From the NCBI GenBank assembly GCA_051453625.1, contig JBOZIK010000001.1:23121050-23161235 (forward strand): 40,186 nt of DNA. The letters are read 5' to 3'. This document shows, in pieces, positions 12,301-25,046 of this stretch; position 1 is the stretch's first letter, and the number at the start of each line of letters is the position of its first letter. The notes beneath the pieces are model-generated. The model was not told the origin of the DNA. It ran no database searches and saw only the letters and a program-made list of their open reading frames with translations. Origin of the DNA: Welwitschia mirabilis. Taxonomy: Eukaryota. A program made the translations under genes and the position numbers.

Positions 12301-13280
12301 ATGCATTTAAGGTGCACAAATTGGAGGCTTCAACGTCTTGGGTATAAATCAGAGGTAAGAGTTGGAAATTTGGTGGTCAACTCCCAAGTTGACGAGGACA
12401 CCCATGGGTTTTCACTTGATTAAGAAAACTAGTGACCCTAGTGGGGGTAGCATGGTTTTTCAGGGATTAACTTCCTCAAAAGAACCTAAAAGTAAAAATG
12501 GTGAGGACTTTTGCATTAGATTTTTAGTTATGTAAAAGAACAATAACATGTTAGTGTCAAGGAGTCATGCTTAACTAATATTCAAGTTGGCCTCTCAATT
12601 TCCTTGATTATTAGAAGTTACAACATTCATTTTAGTTTGTTAGTGCATGGAAAGCTCATAGCTTAGAAGTCCAAATAAGTGGAGATTAAGTGTCTATCCT
12701 TCTCCTTTGTTATTCCTATTCCATTATAGGTTATGCCTTGCAACAATAAGGCTTAGTTTAGTATTCATACCTTTCTGTGATTATCTTTTCATGTAATATC
12801 ATCATGATTTCTTCTTGTTTTTTCATTTCCTTTGGTTGGAATGGATTGGAAAGCATGGAAAAATTCTCTTCATCGACATCAATTGCATACGGGATGTTAC
12901 CAATGGGGAAGACAACGTACGCTAAGGAAAACATACGCGGGGGCCGGGTAAGGGTTGGAATATGCTAGGCTTATGGATCTTCAAATCTAGTAGATTGTTT
13001 CAATAACTGAGAACAAAATAAAAGATACAATGATAAATTCATGATTAAACATATGGTATCTAATATGATGATAAATTCATGTAGTATTGCAAAGATTGTA
13101 AATGTGGATACCTACAGATGAGAATCATACCCATAATGTTGTGTGAAACCAACCTTGCTTTAGGCTTCATTGCCTAGCTTTTTGCTTCATCATTATAGAC
13201 CTTCCACACTATTTAGCAATTTATGAAAACTCAAGTGAAACTAAGACATTAGTTTATAATTCATAAAAACCACATCAAAG
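9350..13280 (-). mobile_element. Very old Ty1/copia retrotransposon relic (gag-PR-IN-RT-RH order), spans the gap at 10459-11006
   Basis: Minus-strand remnants in copia order: gag N-terminal-like patch (~13200), eroded Zn-knuckle (~12200), protease-like LENGSRIKRHMT (~11960; cf. LDSGA..HMT), integrase VFHKVSCKSNP and EKNR (~11260-11190; cf. HQ.SCP.TP.QNG.AERKNR) and EA.ILIANYI (~11120), RT HVL/YI/KGSATP patches (~10080; cf. KRILRYLKGT), RNase H CDATS..V/FHAR..IDFH (~9600-9510; cf. CDN.SA..NPVFHARTKHIEIDFH). LTRs not identified. Confidence 0.62.
12038..12079. repeat. Perfect 21 bp tandem duplication inside the copia relic
   Basis: ggcttattaccatgatattta x2. Confidence 0.95.
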
Positions 13281-14751
13281 ACAGAGGTTTGTTGCTCAAA
13301 ACTTTGTCATGAGTTTAATTTAATTGAGTGAGAGCAACTTCACTGAATATGTTATGTGATACATCACACAATTTAGAAATGTATTGTTTTATTGTCATTT
13401 TAAAAATTTTTTATTCTTTAATAGCAATATTTCTAAATAACACAAATATTATTTTAAGTGGTTATTTCTGCATACAATTCCCATAACATGCATTAATAAG
13501 TAATGATTTTCCAGTTCTTTCATTTCAAATTTTATGTTTGGAATGAAGACTTGAGTAAGTATTTTGTCTTTGATATCATGTAATATTTCCAAAAATATCA
13601 TAAACCAAGAATTATTTGAAAAAATTGAAAATTCTTAGTTCTATCAAGGTAAAATTATGGACAAAAGAAATCATAAGATTTTGTATGTTAACTAAGTTTT
13701 CATGTTTAGGTCCTCCAGGAGAAGTTTTATGATTAGCATATAATTAGGTACTGACATGCCATTTGGCAAAATTATAAATATTATCATTATGAAACCAGAA
13801 AAGGCCTTGGTATCAAAGATATGAATAGACAAGGCCACACCAACAATTAAAGATGCATGCTGAGAAGTTGCTTAAAGTCCTTTTTCTTTTTCTTTTTTGT
13901 TTTTGTGTTGTATCATTTCTAAAGATGGCTATCATGTCTTCTTGTTTTATCATGATAAAAAAAAATCATTGATAGATGATTAAATGAAAAATAGAAACAA
14001 AAAGAGTGCAAAGTTGGAAATTGTTTCTAGGGAATTAACATACCTAAGCTTACATCAATTAGAGCAAAAAACTTCATTCTTGAAATGAGAAGGAAAGATT
14101 TAGAGCACATGCAAATCCCAAATTTTACTTCAGAAATAGTGAAACCACCTTAAAAATTTCAATTGAATAGATTAAACATGTTGGTTAAAACACATTGACA
14201 AAATAAACACAGTTCCTTTTTAGCTTGGTAAAAATTTGGGTTGAGTGTTATTAAAGGTTCCAGAATTATGAATCTTGAGAATATTATACACTAGAAACTA
14301 GAAACTTGAAGTTCCTAGGATGTCTTATGTTTAGTATGAGTTTTGGATTCCTATGAACATAATAGTTTCCCCCCTCAAGAACCCTCTACTCAACTATCAT
14401 TTTGATAGAGAAAGAAGGGGGAAAAGAACCATGAGGCTAAAACTCTTATTCATGTCATGGAATAAATTCAATCCATGATAAACTCTATAAATAATCTAGC
14501 TTCCTAAAATGCTTAGATCAAAGAAGAAATACTTTTTTTATCTATGAACTTCCGATTTTCTCATGGTCACTCATTATGCATTTTGCATGTAGAAAACTTG
14601 TTTGTAACATGAATGAGTACACTACCCATCACCTAAAAAGATTGATTGACCACCATTATCATCATCATTATAATGCTAACTTTTCCCAGTTATAGGAGAT
14701 TAACATCTTTGAAAGTTTTAGACCATTGATTTTTTTTGTAGTTTGTTGATT

Positions 14752-14910
14752 TTCCAAGTTGGAGAAATTGTATAGTTTAAATTGGAAAATTACATCTAGA
14801 TCAGATATTATGAACCTCCAAACCTTTCAAGGAGGACTATGAATGACAAAAACATATCCACCAACTACAATAAGACTTTGAAGCTTTGCTCCAAATATCA
14901 TTAATTACTT
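14752..14910 (+). mobile_element. Small Ty3/gypsy integrase C-terminal remnant
   Basis: FQVGEIV*FKLENYI* resembles FQVGDWVYLKLQPYRQ. KLCSKY (~14881) resembles KLSPKY.GP. Confidence 0.35.
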
Positions 14911-15418
14911 TATGCCACAAAACTTGGAGGGAAGCATGAATTGCAAGTGGAGTATGTTTAAGATCAAAGATGTTAGGCATAAATTTGGAAAATTATTGGA
15001 AAAGCAAATAGGAATAAAGTATTTATTTATTTTTTTGAAGGATTCATAGAGGAAAACAATATTGGTGAAAAGGAAATTTGATTAATTTGGTTTTATTTAA
15101 ATAACAACACAAGGTTTCTAAATAAAACCACATCTTTTACATATACCATTACCTAATCCAGAGCAAGCTAGCATTGAAACTCTACGGTAAAGTTTTTCTT
15201 TATAAGAATTATAGTTTTGTTATGGTTTATTTGAAAATAAAAGAATTAAAAAAAAGTTTTGGGTGGAAATTGATGAAAACTTTCATTTCTAAGCATCACA
15301 TCTTTATGGAGGTCTTTCATGAGATACTTTTAAACCAACCCTTAATAAATCACAAGCTTTAAATATGTATTAAGATAAATATCTATGATTACCACTTAAA
15401 TTCAATAAGTTTTTGACA

Positions 15419-16194
15419 AGTCATTAATTATAAAATATTTAATCTTAAAGTTATTAAAATGTTATTATATGTACTAGACATGTGTAAGTTAGTTAACCAA
15501 TTTGAGAATTGAATGTGCAGAAATAATAACAAAAAGGAAAGAAAAAACAAGAAGTGGCGGCTAGAAGGTAGTTACATTACACTATAACAACTAGTGGTTA
15601 TGAAGAGAGAAGAAAAAGGGAAATGAGGATATTTTTAGTTTTCAAAAATACACTCTTAAAAAAGATTTTAGGATAGGAAGAAGATCTAGAAAGAATAACT
15701 AAAAAGAAAAATTCTATCATGTATCCCGAAAGGTAGTAATAATTTTTATTAAGTTGATTAAAATATAGTTATGATATGGTTTTCATGAAATTTGAAAAGG
15801 GTTCATGTTTCTTTTCCTTGCTCTTAGTATTAATTTAGCTAGAGAGTTAATATTAAGATTTTGCATTTCTTAGAAATAGATAGTGCATGTCTTATCTACT
15901 GATCTTCATATTTGATTCCTTTCCCCCATAGTTTTATATATGTATATAAGTACTTGAATAGATCAGAACACAGTTTTGCCAAAAACAGTAGTTGTTGACA
16001 AATGGAATATCCTCATGAATAGAACGATTGTAGTCTTTAGAAAGCTTAGAATAAACCTTAATAATTTATTTTATACATGATTTAAGTTTGTGTGTGGTAG
16101 TTATAGCTTGTTATTTCTAGTCTTTGATTTGAATATTTTTAATATTTTCTTTTTTTTTTTTTAGTTTTAAGTTGTACAAAACTAGACTTTATCA
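15419..16194 (+). repeat. 5' LTR of Ty3/gypsy element copy 1 (left boundary approximate)
   Basis: Colinear with 31477-32272. Ends in ...tatCA (16193-16194) just before a PBS-like motif and gag. Confidence 0.7.
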
Positions 16195-16197
16195 TTT

Positions 16198-16215
16198 TGG
16201 TGCTAGAAGTAGAGC
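16198..16215 (+). promoter_or_regulatory. Primer-binding site of gypsy copy 1
   Basis: tggtgctagaagtagagc lies 3 nt after the LTR CA. It resembles the TGGCGCTAGAAGGAGGG-type PBS I recall from non-chromovirus gypsy elements. A decayed counterpart sits at ~32276 in copy 2. Confidence 0.6.
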
Positions 16216-16221
16216 ACCATT

Positions 16222-19200
16222 ATGAAGGCTTTATTAACAAAAGCTAGAAAAGGAAGTTGGAGAGATAAAAAATTAAGATATGTTCAAAACCATGAAAAAT
16301 ATGAGTTGGATGAAGAAACTCATACTACAGTTTAGGTAACAATAGATTCCTATGATCTCATAAAAGAGATGAAAACCTTGAGAAGGAACTAAGAGAAGCT
16401 ACAAAGAAAACTTGACTTGGTAATTCAAGCCCAAATCACAAAGAAGACTTCTGCCTTGATTGGAGAACTGTATTAGGGTGAAGAAAAACTAATGGACTCT
16501 CCACCTTTAGGAATCGATTACTATGACTCCACTACTCCAAACCTTATAGATTCTTCTATTTTAAAAACTCTAGAGGAAATAAAAAATATTAGTACTGCTA
16601 ATATCCACACCTTTGGGGAAAGGATACAAGAAGAACCAATGTTATACTTCAGCCATTTTTACTCATTCTATAGATCCAACTATCTAGAAACCAAATTTAA
16701 TTTTTTAAGGCATTTTCCCTTTTCACTAAAAGAAGAGGCTCAGTTATGGTTTCACAGTTTTCAAATCATATGTTTAAAATTTGAAATGCCTTTAACATAG
16801 CTTTTATAGGTAAATATCAACCTGTAAGGGTCATTGAAGACTTGAGAGATCAAATTCTAAACATTAAACAAAAAGAGAATGAAAGATTTGATAAGTTTAG
16901 GGAGAGATACTAGATTCTAATAATAAAATGCTCAAACCATGGGATAAATCTCAGAGAAAGGATAAGGAGTGATGCCTTATAAAATTTGACATGCTACATA
17001 GAAGAGTATTAGAAATGTAAATGCTTAGGAAATTAAGAAGGGTATTGATAAACTGTATAGGATGAACCAAGGATAGAATTAGAATAAAGAAAAAGGAAAA
17101 AAAAACGTAAATGAAATTCATGAACCAAGGATGGAATTAGAATGAGGAAAAAGGAAAGAAAAACATAAATGAAATTCATGCTGAATCTAGAGAAGAAATG
17201 AAACATAAAAAATTGTTTGAAGAAACTAATATGAAATTAAAAGTAAATAGGTTGAAATATAAATAAGAACAAGAGATTTGTTAGTATTGTAATGAGAATA
17301 AACATCAAGCAACAAATTATCCTTAGATGTAGAATTTTGTAAAATGGCTAGACATTAATAAAATTAGTTATAACTCAAACAATGCACCCTATGCAAAGAA
17401 TAAACCTTACCTATACCAAACTAGAAAGTAAAAGAATAGAAGAAAAAATCCAATGCAGAGATTTATCCAATAAAAAAGGCAATAACAATCTGATTATTAT
17501 AGAAATTAGAGAAATCAAGAAGGGGATATTAGTCATACAAATTAGAATTAAAAAAAAAAAAAAACGTAAAGAAACTATAAAATGGAGTCAACCTCAACCA
17601 AATCCTAGAGAAGTAGGTTGCAAGGTTATTGGAACGAGATCAAAGAAAATGATCACTAAAGAACAGTCAATTGAAAAATCATGTGAAAAAAGCTCTTAAC
17701 AAAAGATGATACACTACGCTTTCCAATGAGAATTAAGATGATGGAATACCCTAGGAAGAGGGGAAAAGGATGTGAAACATGTTACTAAAGAATTTGAAGA
17801 TACCACTATTTCCTTACCTTTGATTGAAATGTTGAAATAAATCCCTCTTTATTGGAAACAAATGAAGGATCTTTGCAAAAGTAGGAGAAGGAAAAAAATG
17901 AATAAAAGAGAAGGAAAGTAAAGAATCTAAATTAAAAAAAGATAAAAGGGACCAAGTATTTTGGGCTTCTACTCAAGCTTTACAAGGAATTAGATTAAAA
18001 AATACAATGATCCAAGCATACCAATAGTTGATATTGTAGTAAAGGGAGCTTATAGGATAGAAGCTAAGAATTGGTAGATTTAGGAACTAGCATCAATGTC
18101 CTCTCCTATGAAACTTATGAACAATTAGGAACTCCCAAATGATACCTTTTCATGGGAAAGTATATTTNNNNNNNNNNNNNNNNNNNNNNNNNNNNNNNNN
18201 NNNNNNNNNNNNNNNNNNNNNNNNNNNNNNNNNNNNNNNNNNNNNNNNNNNNNNNNNNNNNNNNNNNTGAAAGAAATCCCTCTTTATTGGAAACAAATGA
18301 AGGATATTTGCAAAAGCAGGAGAAGGGAAAAAATGAAGAAAAAAGAAGGAAAGTAAAGAATCTAAATTAAAAAAAGATAAAAGGGACCAAGTATTTCGGG
18401 CTTCTACTCAAGCTTTACAGGGAATTAGATTAAAAAATACAATGATCCGGGCATACCAATAGTTGATATTGTAGTAAAGGGAGCTTATAGGATAGAAGCT
18501 AAGCATTGGTAGATTTAGGAACTAGCATCAATGTCCTTTATTATGAAACTTATGAACAATTAGGAAGTCCCAAATGATACCTTATCATGGAAAAGTATAT
18601 ATAATNNNNNNNNNNNNNNNNNNNNNNNNNNNNNNNNNNNNNNNNNNNNNNNNNNNNNNNNNNNNNNNNNNNNNNNNNNNNNNNNNNNNNNNNNNNNNNN
18701 NNNNNAAATGATACCTTATCATGGAAAAGTATATATATTTGGCAGATGGTTCAACACTAAACATTAAGGGTATCATGAAAACACTTTTTTTGAACTTTAA
18801 GGATTTGGGTACTTAATGGATTTGGAAGTTGTGAAAACTAAAGGTAATATCCATCCCATTATATTGGGAAGAAAACAAATGATAATAGATAATGTAACTA
18901 TTTAATCAAGAAAAGGAGTCATGAAGGTTAGTCTAAAGGATCTCACTCAACAAATCATGATATTAGCTAAGGATAAAATTAGACACTTTATTAATGATAA
19001 TGAAGAGAAAGATGCAAATTTGATTATGATGCAAGCAACCTAATGAATATTAAAAGATTAAAAAAGGATGTAATGAAAAATAATTCTTAACTATAGAACT
19101 TACGAATGAGGAAGAGAAGACTAAAAAGCCAACTCAATAAAAAGGATTAGAATTTATTGAGATCCAAAAAAATTGACCATTGATTATAAATAGCAAATTT

Positions 19201-21570
19201 ATTCTTTGTCAAAGAAGGAAATTAAAAAGAGTCCTCACTAGAAGATCTAAATCTTTTGCTTAGACTCATGTAGATATAATAAAAATAAGCACCACTATGT
19301 GTTAGCATAGAATATATTTAGGTAATATAATTAAACCTGTTAGATAATTAGAAATAAGGTGTAAGATATTAACATTGCTAAAAGTAGGTTTTATCTATTC
19401 TATATCACATTCAAAATGGATAAGACCTATAAAAGCTGTGCCAAAAAAGGGGAATAAAGGGAAAGTATGCATAGACTTGAGGTTGCTATATGATACAACT
19501 TATAAAGATTACTTTCCTTTACCATTTATTGACCAGGTCTTAGAGAGAATTTTAGGTCATCAATATTCCAATTTTTTTGATGGTTATAGTGGGTATAATT
19601 CGGTTCCTATTATAGCTAAGAATTAAGCAAAAACCACCTTCACCTGTAAGTGGGGAACCTATGCTTTTAAAGTGATACTTTTTAGCCTACTTAATGCTCC
19701 AACCACCTTTCAAAGATTAGTCAATAATCTATTTTAATAGGTAATTATGAAATCAATGGAAGTATTTATGGATGAATTCTCAACCTTTAAAAATAATTTT
19801 AAAGAAGCTCTTGAAAGGTTAGAAGATGTACTTATCAGATGGAAAGAAAAGAATTTAAAATTAAGTTGATCCAAAAACAATCTTATAGTTATAGAGGGGA
19901 TTGTCTTAGGGCATAGAATCTCTACAAGAGGAATTAAGATAGACAGGATAAAGATAAAAGTAATTTAAGGCATTTCAACACCTTCTAAATTCAAAGAGTC
20001 ACAATCCCTCTTAGGATATGTTAAACATTATAAAAAGTTTATTACTGATTTTGGAAAAATTACTAAACCATTAAACAATCTTCTACAAAAAGACATATCC
20101 TATAAGTGAACTTAGGAGCATCAAGAGGCCTTTAAAATTTTAAAGTAAAGACTGACATAAGCTGCCATTTTATAAAAATTCAAGTTGCATAAAACTTTTC
20201 ATATTATGAGTGATGCCTTTAAATTTTCTATAGGAGTGGTCCTTAGCTAAAAGGATAATGATAATAAACCTTATTTCATAGCTTACATTAGCAAGAATCT
20301 TAACATAGTCCAACAAAATTATATAATGATGGAAAAAAAAATGGTTGCAATAGTAATAGCATTAGAAACATTTAGACACTACATTCCAAGTTGTGAAGTT
20401 AAAGTCCACATTGGTCATAGTGCTATGCGGGTTTTAATGAATAAAAAAGAAGCTAATTCCAAAATAATCAAATATATTTTTCTTATGTATGAATTTAATT
20501 TGAAATAATAGATAAAAAAGAAGTGAATAGTATGATTACTAACTATTTATCAAGGTTATAATTTTGAGATAATTTGGAATAAAGCAACATTAGAAATAAT
20601 TTTTTTGATGATTATCTAAATGGAATCCAACAATCTCCATCATTTACATACATAACGGACTTCTTGGTAAGTAAAGAAATCCCTTCTCATATTGCTTATT
20701 ATGAAAGGAAAAGACTACTAGTAGAAGCAAAGGATTACTTATGAGAAGATAAAACCTTCTTCAAGATGTATAAAGATAACATCATCAGAAGATGTATAGA
20801 TCAGAAGGATCAAAGAGAAATATTAAAAACATTTCATTCAGAAGAAGGAGATGGCTATTAGGGAGGGAAAAAAACCACCATAAATATATTATGTGCATTG
20901 TATTATTAAGACACTCTTTTCAAGGATGCGTTACATCATGTTAAGAGTTGTGACAAATGAAAAAGAGAAAGAATTTGCTCCACAATAATGGCTTCAAGCA
21001 CTTAACCTTTTGATGTTTGGGGAATAGTTTTTAGTGGTCCCATTAACCGTTAGTCTTATGGAAAGCAATAAATGCTAGTATATGTGTTAATTACTAAATG
21101 GATTGATGCTAAGGATATTCTTAATTGTTCTACTAAAATTGTCATTAATTTTTTTACCTAAAAAACATTTTTTATAGCTTTGATATGCCTAGAAGCCTTA
21201 TATCCAATAGGGAAAATCATTTTACTAGCCATACCTTTGTAAAAGATTTATCCAAATTTGGGATTCATTATAAGATTTCTTATACTTATCATAGTTAATC
21301 CACTAGTAATGTAAAGGTTATAAATAAGGATTTGAATAGAGTAATGTCTAAGAATGTCAATACAAAAAGAAGTAATGGGGATATAAAGCTTGATGAAGCA
21401 TTTTGGGCCTATAATATAACATGAACAAGAAGTACAAATTTCTCTTCTTATGAACTAGTCTATAGAAAAATAGTAACTTTACCTATTGAGTTAAAAATTA
21501 AATCTTACAAATTAGCTAAACAATTAGGTTAGAGCATCCCTAAAGCATAAGAGACTTAGAGCTAGACTAT
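16222..21570 (+). pseudogene. Disrupted gag-pol of an Athila/Tat-like (non-chromovirus) Ty3/gypsy retrotransposon
   Basis: gag: LRHFPFSLKEEAQLWFHS (~16705), KQKENERF, KCSNHG, Zn-knuckle C*YCNENKHQATNYP (~17280), SQPQPNP. Protease: KYNDPGIP and ALVDLGTSINV (~18505). RT: SKWIRPIKAVPKK, KDYFPLPFIDQVLERILGHQY..FDGYSGYN, KTTFTC, NAPTTFQR, VFMDEF (~19765). RNase H: FHIMSDA..IGVVL, NY..MEKKMVAIV..LETFRHY. Integrase: FKDA..VKSCDK, PFDVWGI.F.GP, ISNRENHF, KLDEAFWAY, ELVY.K, LPIEL. Many stops and frameshifts. Truncated before the GPY/F tail. Confidence 0.95.
17062..17177 (+). repeat. 58 bp tandem duplication within gag of copy 1
   Basis: atgaaccaaggat.gaattagaat.a.gaaaaaggaaa.aaaaac.taaatgaaattc occurs at 17062 and 17120. 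Copy 2 (~33710) has a single unit. Confidence 0.9.
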
Positions 21571-23559
21571 TGCCCTTTGTTTGTCGAATCCTTTATTCTA
21601 ACTTTTAAATTTGGTCAATAAACCATCTTAAAGATGCATCATACTATTGAGTTCATTTGTTAAGATAGCCCTCAGTTTAAAATATTCAATCCTAAGATAC
21701 TCAGTTGTTAAGTAATAAACTATGAAACCAAAACAAGATGCCATGATTGAGCTTGTTAAGTCCATTTTCATGAAGGATACCATCAAAAGCTAACATAACA
21801 TTAGTAATGGTTTTGTTAAAAGGAAATTCTAGAGAATACATGAAATCAACTATCACTTGGGATAATACCTCTTCTATACTAGTGATATTCATTTCAATCT
21901 GAGAATTGCCTAGAATAAATAGTCATCTTTTGACTTTCTTCATTAGTGAAGAGTTGAAGGAGGAGTTTGTAAATCTTAGGAATTAAAACCCATGAAGGGT
22001 TAGATGTTTTCAATAAACAAAAATTAAAATTGAATGACCACATAATTAAAAGATTTAACACGAAATAGAAATAAATCTAAAGATAAAAATTAGAGGAAAT
22101 TTTGGCTTTATCTAGAAGTTTTAGGTCAAACCTTGCTTTCTATAACTAAGATTTTAATATTTAGCATACCTAAATCAAAGCAATAAATATCACCAATATT
22201 TTTTTTGAAGAATCTATTCATCGATTTTTTTAAAAGATTCTTTGTTGAACTCCACCAAATAAGAATGATTAGCTTTTTAAAGACTAATTTGAAGGTGATC
22301 TATAAAGAAAAATATCCTTTTCATTGAAGACTCCTTTAATGAGAAATGTTCTATCCTTCAAAGATCCCTTCAAAAAGATGACTTGGCAAAACAAGTACAT
22401 ATTANNNNNNNNNNNNNNNNNNNNNNNNNNNNNNNNNNNNNNNNNNNNNNNNNNNNNNNNNNNNNNNNNNNNNNNNNNNNNNNNNNNNNNNNNNNNNNNN
22501 NNNNATCTAAAGATAAAAATTAGAGGAAATTTTGGCTTTATCTAGAATTTTTAGGTCAAACCTTTCTTTCTATAACTAAGATTTTAATATTTAGCATACC
22601 TGAACCAAAGCAATAAATATCACCAATCTTTTTTTTGAAGAATATATTCATAAAATTTTTTAAAAGCTCCTTTATTGAACTCCATCAAATAAGCATGATT
22701 AGCCTTTTAAAGACTAATTTGAAGATGATCTATAAAGAAAAATATCCTCTTCATTGAAGACTCCTTTAATGAGAAATATTCTGTCCTTCAAAGATTCCTT
22801 CAAAAAGATGACTTGNNNNNNNNNNNNNNNNNNNNNNNNNNNNNNNNNNNNNNNNNNNNNNNNNNNNNNNNNNNNNNNNNNNNNNNNNNNNNNNNNNNNN
22901 NNNNNNNNNNNNNNNCTCCTTTAATGAGAAATGTTCTATCCTTCAAAGATCCCTTCAAAAAGATGTCTTGGCAAAACAAGTACATATTACATGCCCCAAA
23001 ATCATGGATTATTGTGTTCATTAGTATCACATCAAAAAAGAGAATGTGCCATCTATCAAAGACCCTTTGAGATATGTCTAAACCTATTTAACTTTGTTTT
23101 TTTAAATGATAGATCACCTTTTTGATCCTCATTATTCCATCATAGCTTTAGCAAAAATCTCAAAGGCCTCCTTTAAGTAATTAATAGTTGCTTGAAGATC
23201 CCCTTTGAACTTTGTCTAACGTAAACATGAAAAAAATGAAGATTTGAATCTTTACCAGACCTCATATCCTACCTATAACCTAAGTTTCTCTCAAATCCCT
23301 TTTTGACTCTTTTAAATATTCCTTCAAAAAGAGATCAAAAAATTCGCTTGAGTAACTCATAGTTACTTAAAGCTCCCTTCGAACTCTAAGAATAAAAATA
23401 TTGGAAAGAGCGTAAAGACCCTCTTCAAGTAGCTAGTACCTACTTGAAGAACTCCTTTGAGATCTCTTCCAAATTCCCAAATTAAAAATGTATTTATTTA
23501 AAGGCCCTTCGATTGTATCAAAGATTCCTTTAACAAGATGTTAACCAATCTTAAAGGAA
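21570..23559 (-). mobile_element. Probable fragment of another LTR retrotransposon (motif-rich leader plus gag remnant), opposite orientation
   Basis: Minus-strand WFHSL...KLE*RIRQTKG patch (21570-21760) resembles a retrotransposon gag core. About 10 dispersed copies of an aagRYccctt(Y)ga-like motif lie at 22327-23533. Confidence 0.35.
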
Positions 23560-25046
23560 AACTATTTCTTTTAGTACATAAACTAGATTTAAAACTAGGT
23601 AAGAACCTAATATCATTCTTNNNNNNNNNNNNNNNNNNNNNNNNNNNNNNNNNNNNNNNNNNNNNNNNNNNNNNNNNNNNNNNNNNNNNNNNNNNNNNNN
23701 NNNNNNNNNNNNNNNNNNNNAGATTTAAAACTAGGTAAGAACCTAATATCATTCTTTCATGGGGGTAATTAAGGTTGACTAAACAAAAATTGTGCCATCT
23801 TACTTATCTTATAAAAGAAAGGGAAAAAGAAAAGAGATTGAAAAATTAGTTTTGAAACTTCATCCAAAAAAGTGGAAAGCAAGCAAAATCTAATTTTTTG
23901 TCTAGCTCATCCTTTTGTAATTTCTGACTTAATCATATGCTATACTATCTTGAAACAAAATTTAAATTATTAAGTATGATCGCTTAGGTTATGGTAACAC
24001 CATCTTATTTACCATATGAGTGTTGATGAATTCAAAAGTCACTGATCCTTTATAGACTTGCAATAAAAATGGAAAATAAGGACTTTAGGTACTCAAAATC
24101 CATGAAATTACTAGGGCTTAGAGCAATTAACTAATCAAACTCACTTAATTGACCAAAGAATATTAATAGTTACATTGTTACTTAAGTGTTTCTAGTACGA
24201 AATGATTCACGACTAGTAATAAAAAAAAAAAACAACTCTTTAGTATTGAATCAAAAAAAGGCATATTACATTAGAGATAGAAGGAAGCTGAAAGAATCCT
24301 TCAAGCTATCCTTGAATGCAAGCTCACTCCTCAAAGAAGTTCTTAGAAGGCCATTGTGACTTGATGCTACAAAGAATATATGATTTTTCCAAATTAAGGA
24401 TATGACAATAAAGGGCTTAAGGCCCTTTTATAGGTAAGGATGAGGAATGAAGGTAGTTACAAGCCTTTGGCTTATAGCATTAGATGAGTAGTTACAAAAT
24501 AATGGTATTAAATAGGACATTTATCATCTATTATTAGGTAGATATCATTATGATGAGGCCAAAACTTGACTCCTGGATGTTGCTGCTACCGCTAACTGTT
24601 GTCATTGCCATGTGTCTCTACCATTATCTTATTCAACAATGCCACATGTCAGTGCTATGTGTTATTGTCATCACTGCCATGTGACATCAAAGATGCAAGT
24701 TATTTTCAAGGTGAAATCTGATTAAGCCCATAACTTCATTTAGCTAAATTTTTCATGATAAGTTAAGAATGTTAGAAGCAAGGCATTCTACTTCAAAGAA
24801 CTGATGGTATTGGATGATCTGAATGATAATGTTAGCATTTTAAGCTAGATTATCTTCAATTTTAAGCATGTCCTTCAAAGTGAAATAAATATTCTAGAAA
24901 TGTTATGGGCAAATGATAAGTTCATAATTATTATAGAAAATAAATAGAAGACATGTTTTTATGATAAAATCAATTATATTAATACCTTCCATTAAGATAA
25001 TTTGGTTAATTAACTTGATTAGAATATCAAATTTTATATATTAACA
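23560..25046 (-). repeat. 3' LTR of the Athila-like element
   Basis: Colinear with 29410-30743. Begins TGTTAA on the minus strand (ttaaca at 25041-25046). TATA-like ctataaaaag on minus at ~24425. Contains a 100-N gap. Confidence 0.88.

Noticed and set aside
13808..13818. tggtatcaaag, similar to the tRNA-Met PBS
   Set aside because: No preceding LTR CA and no recognisable gag downstream.
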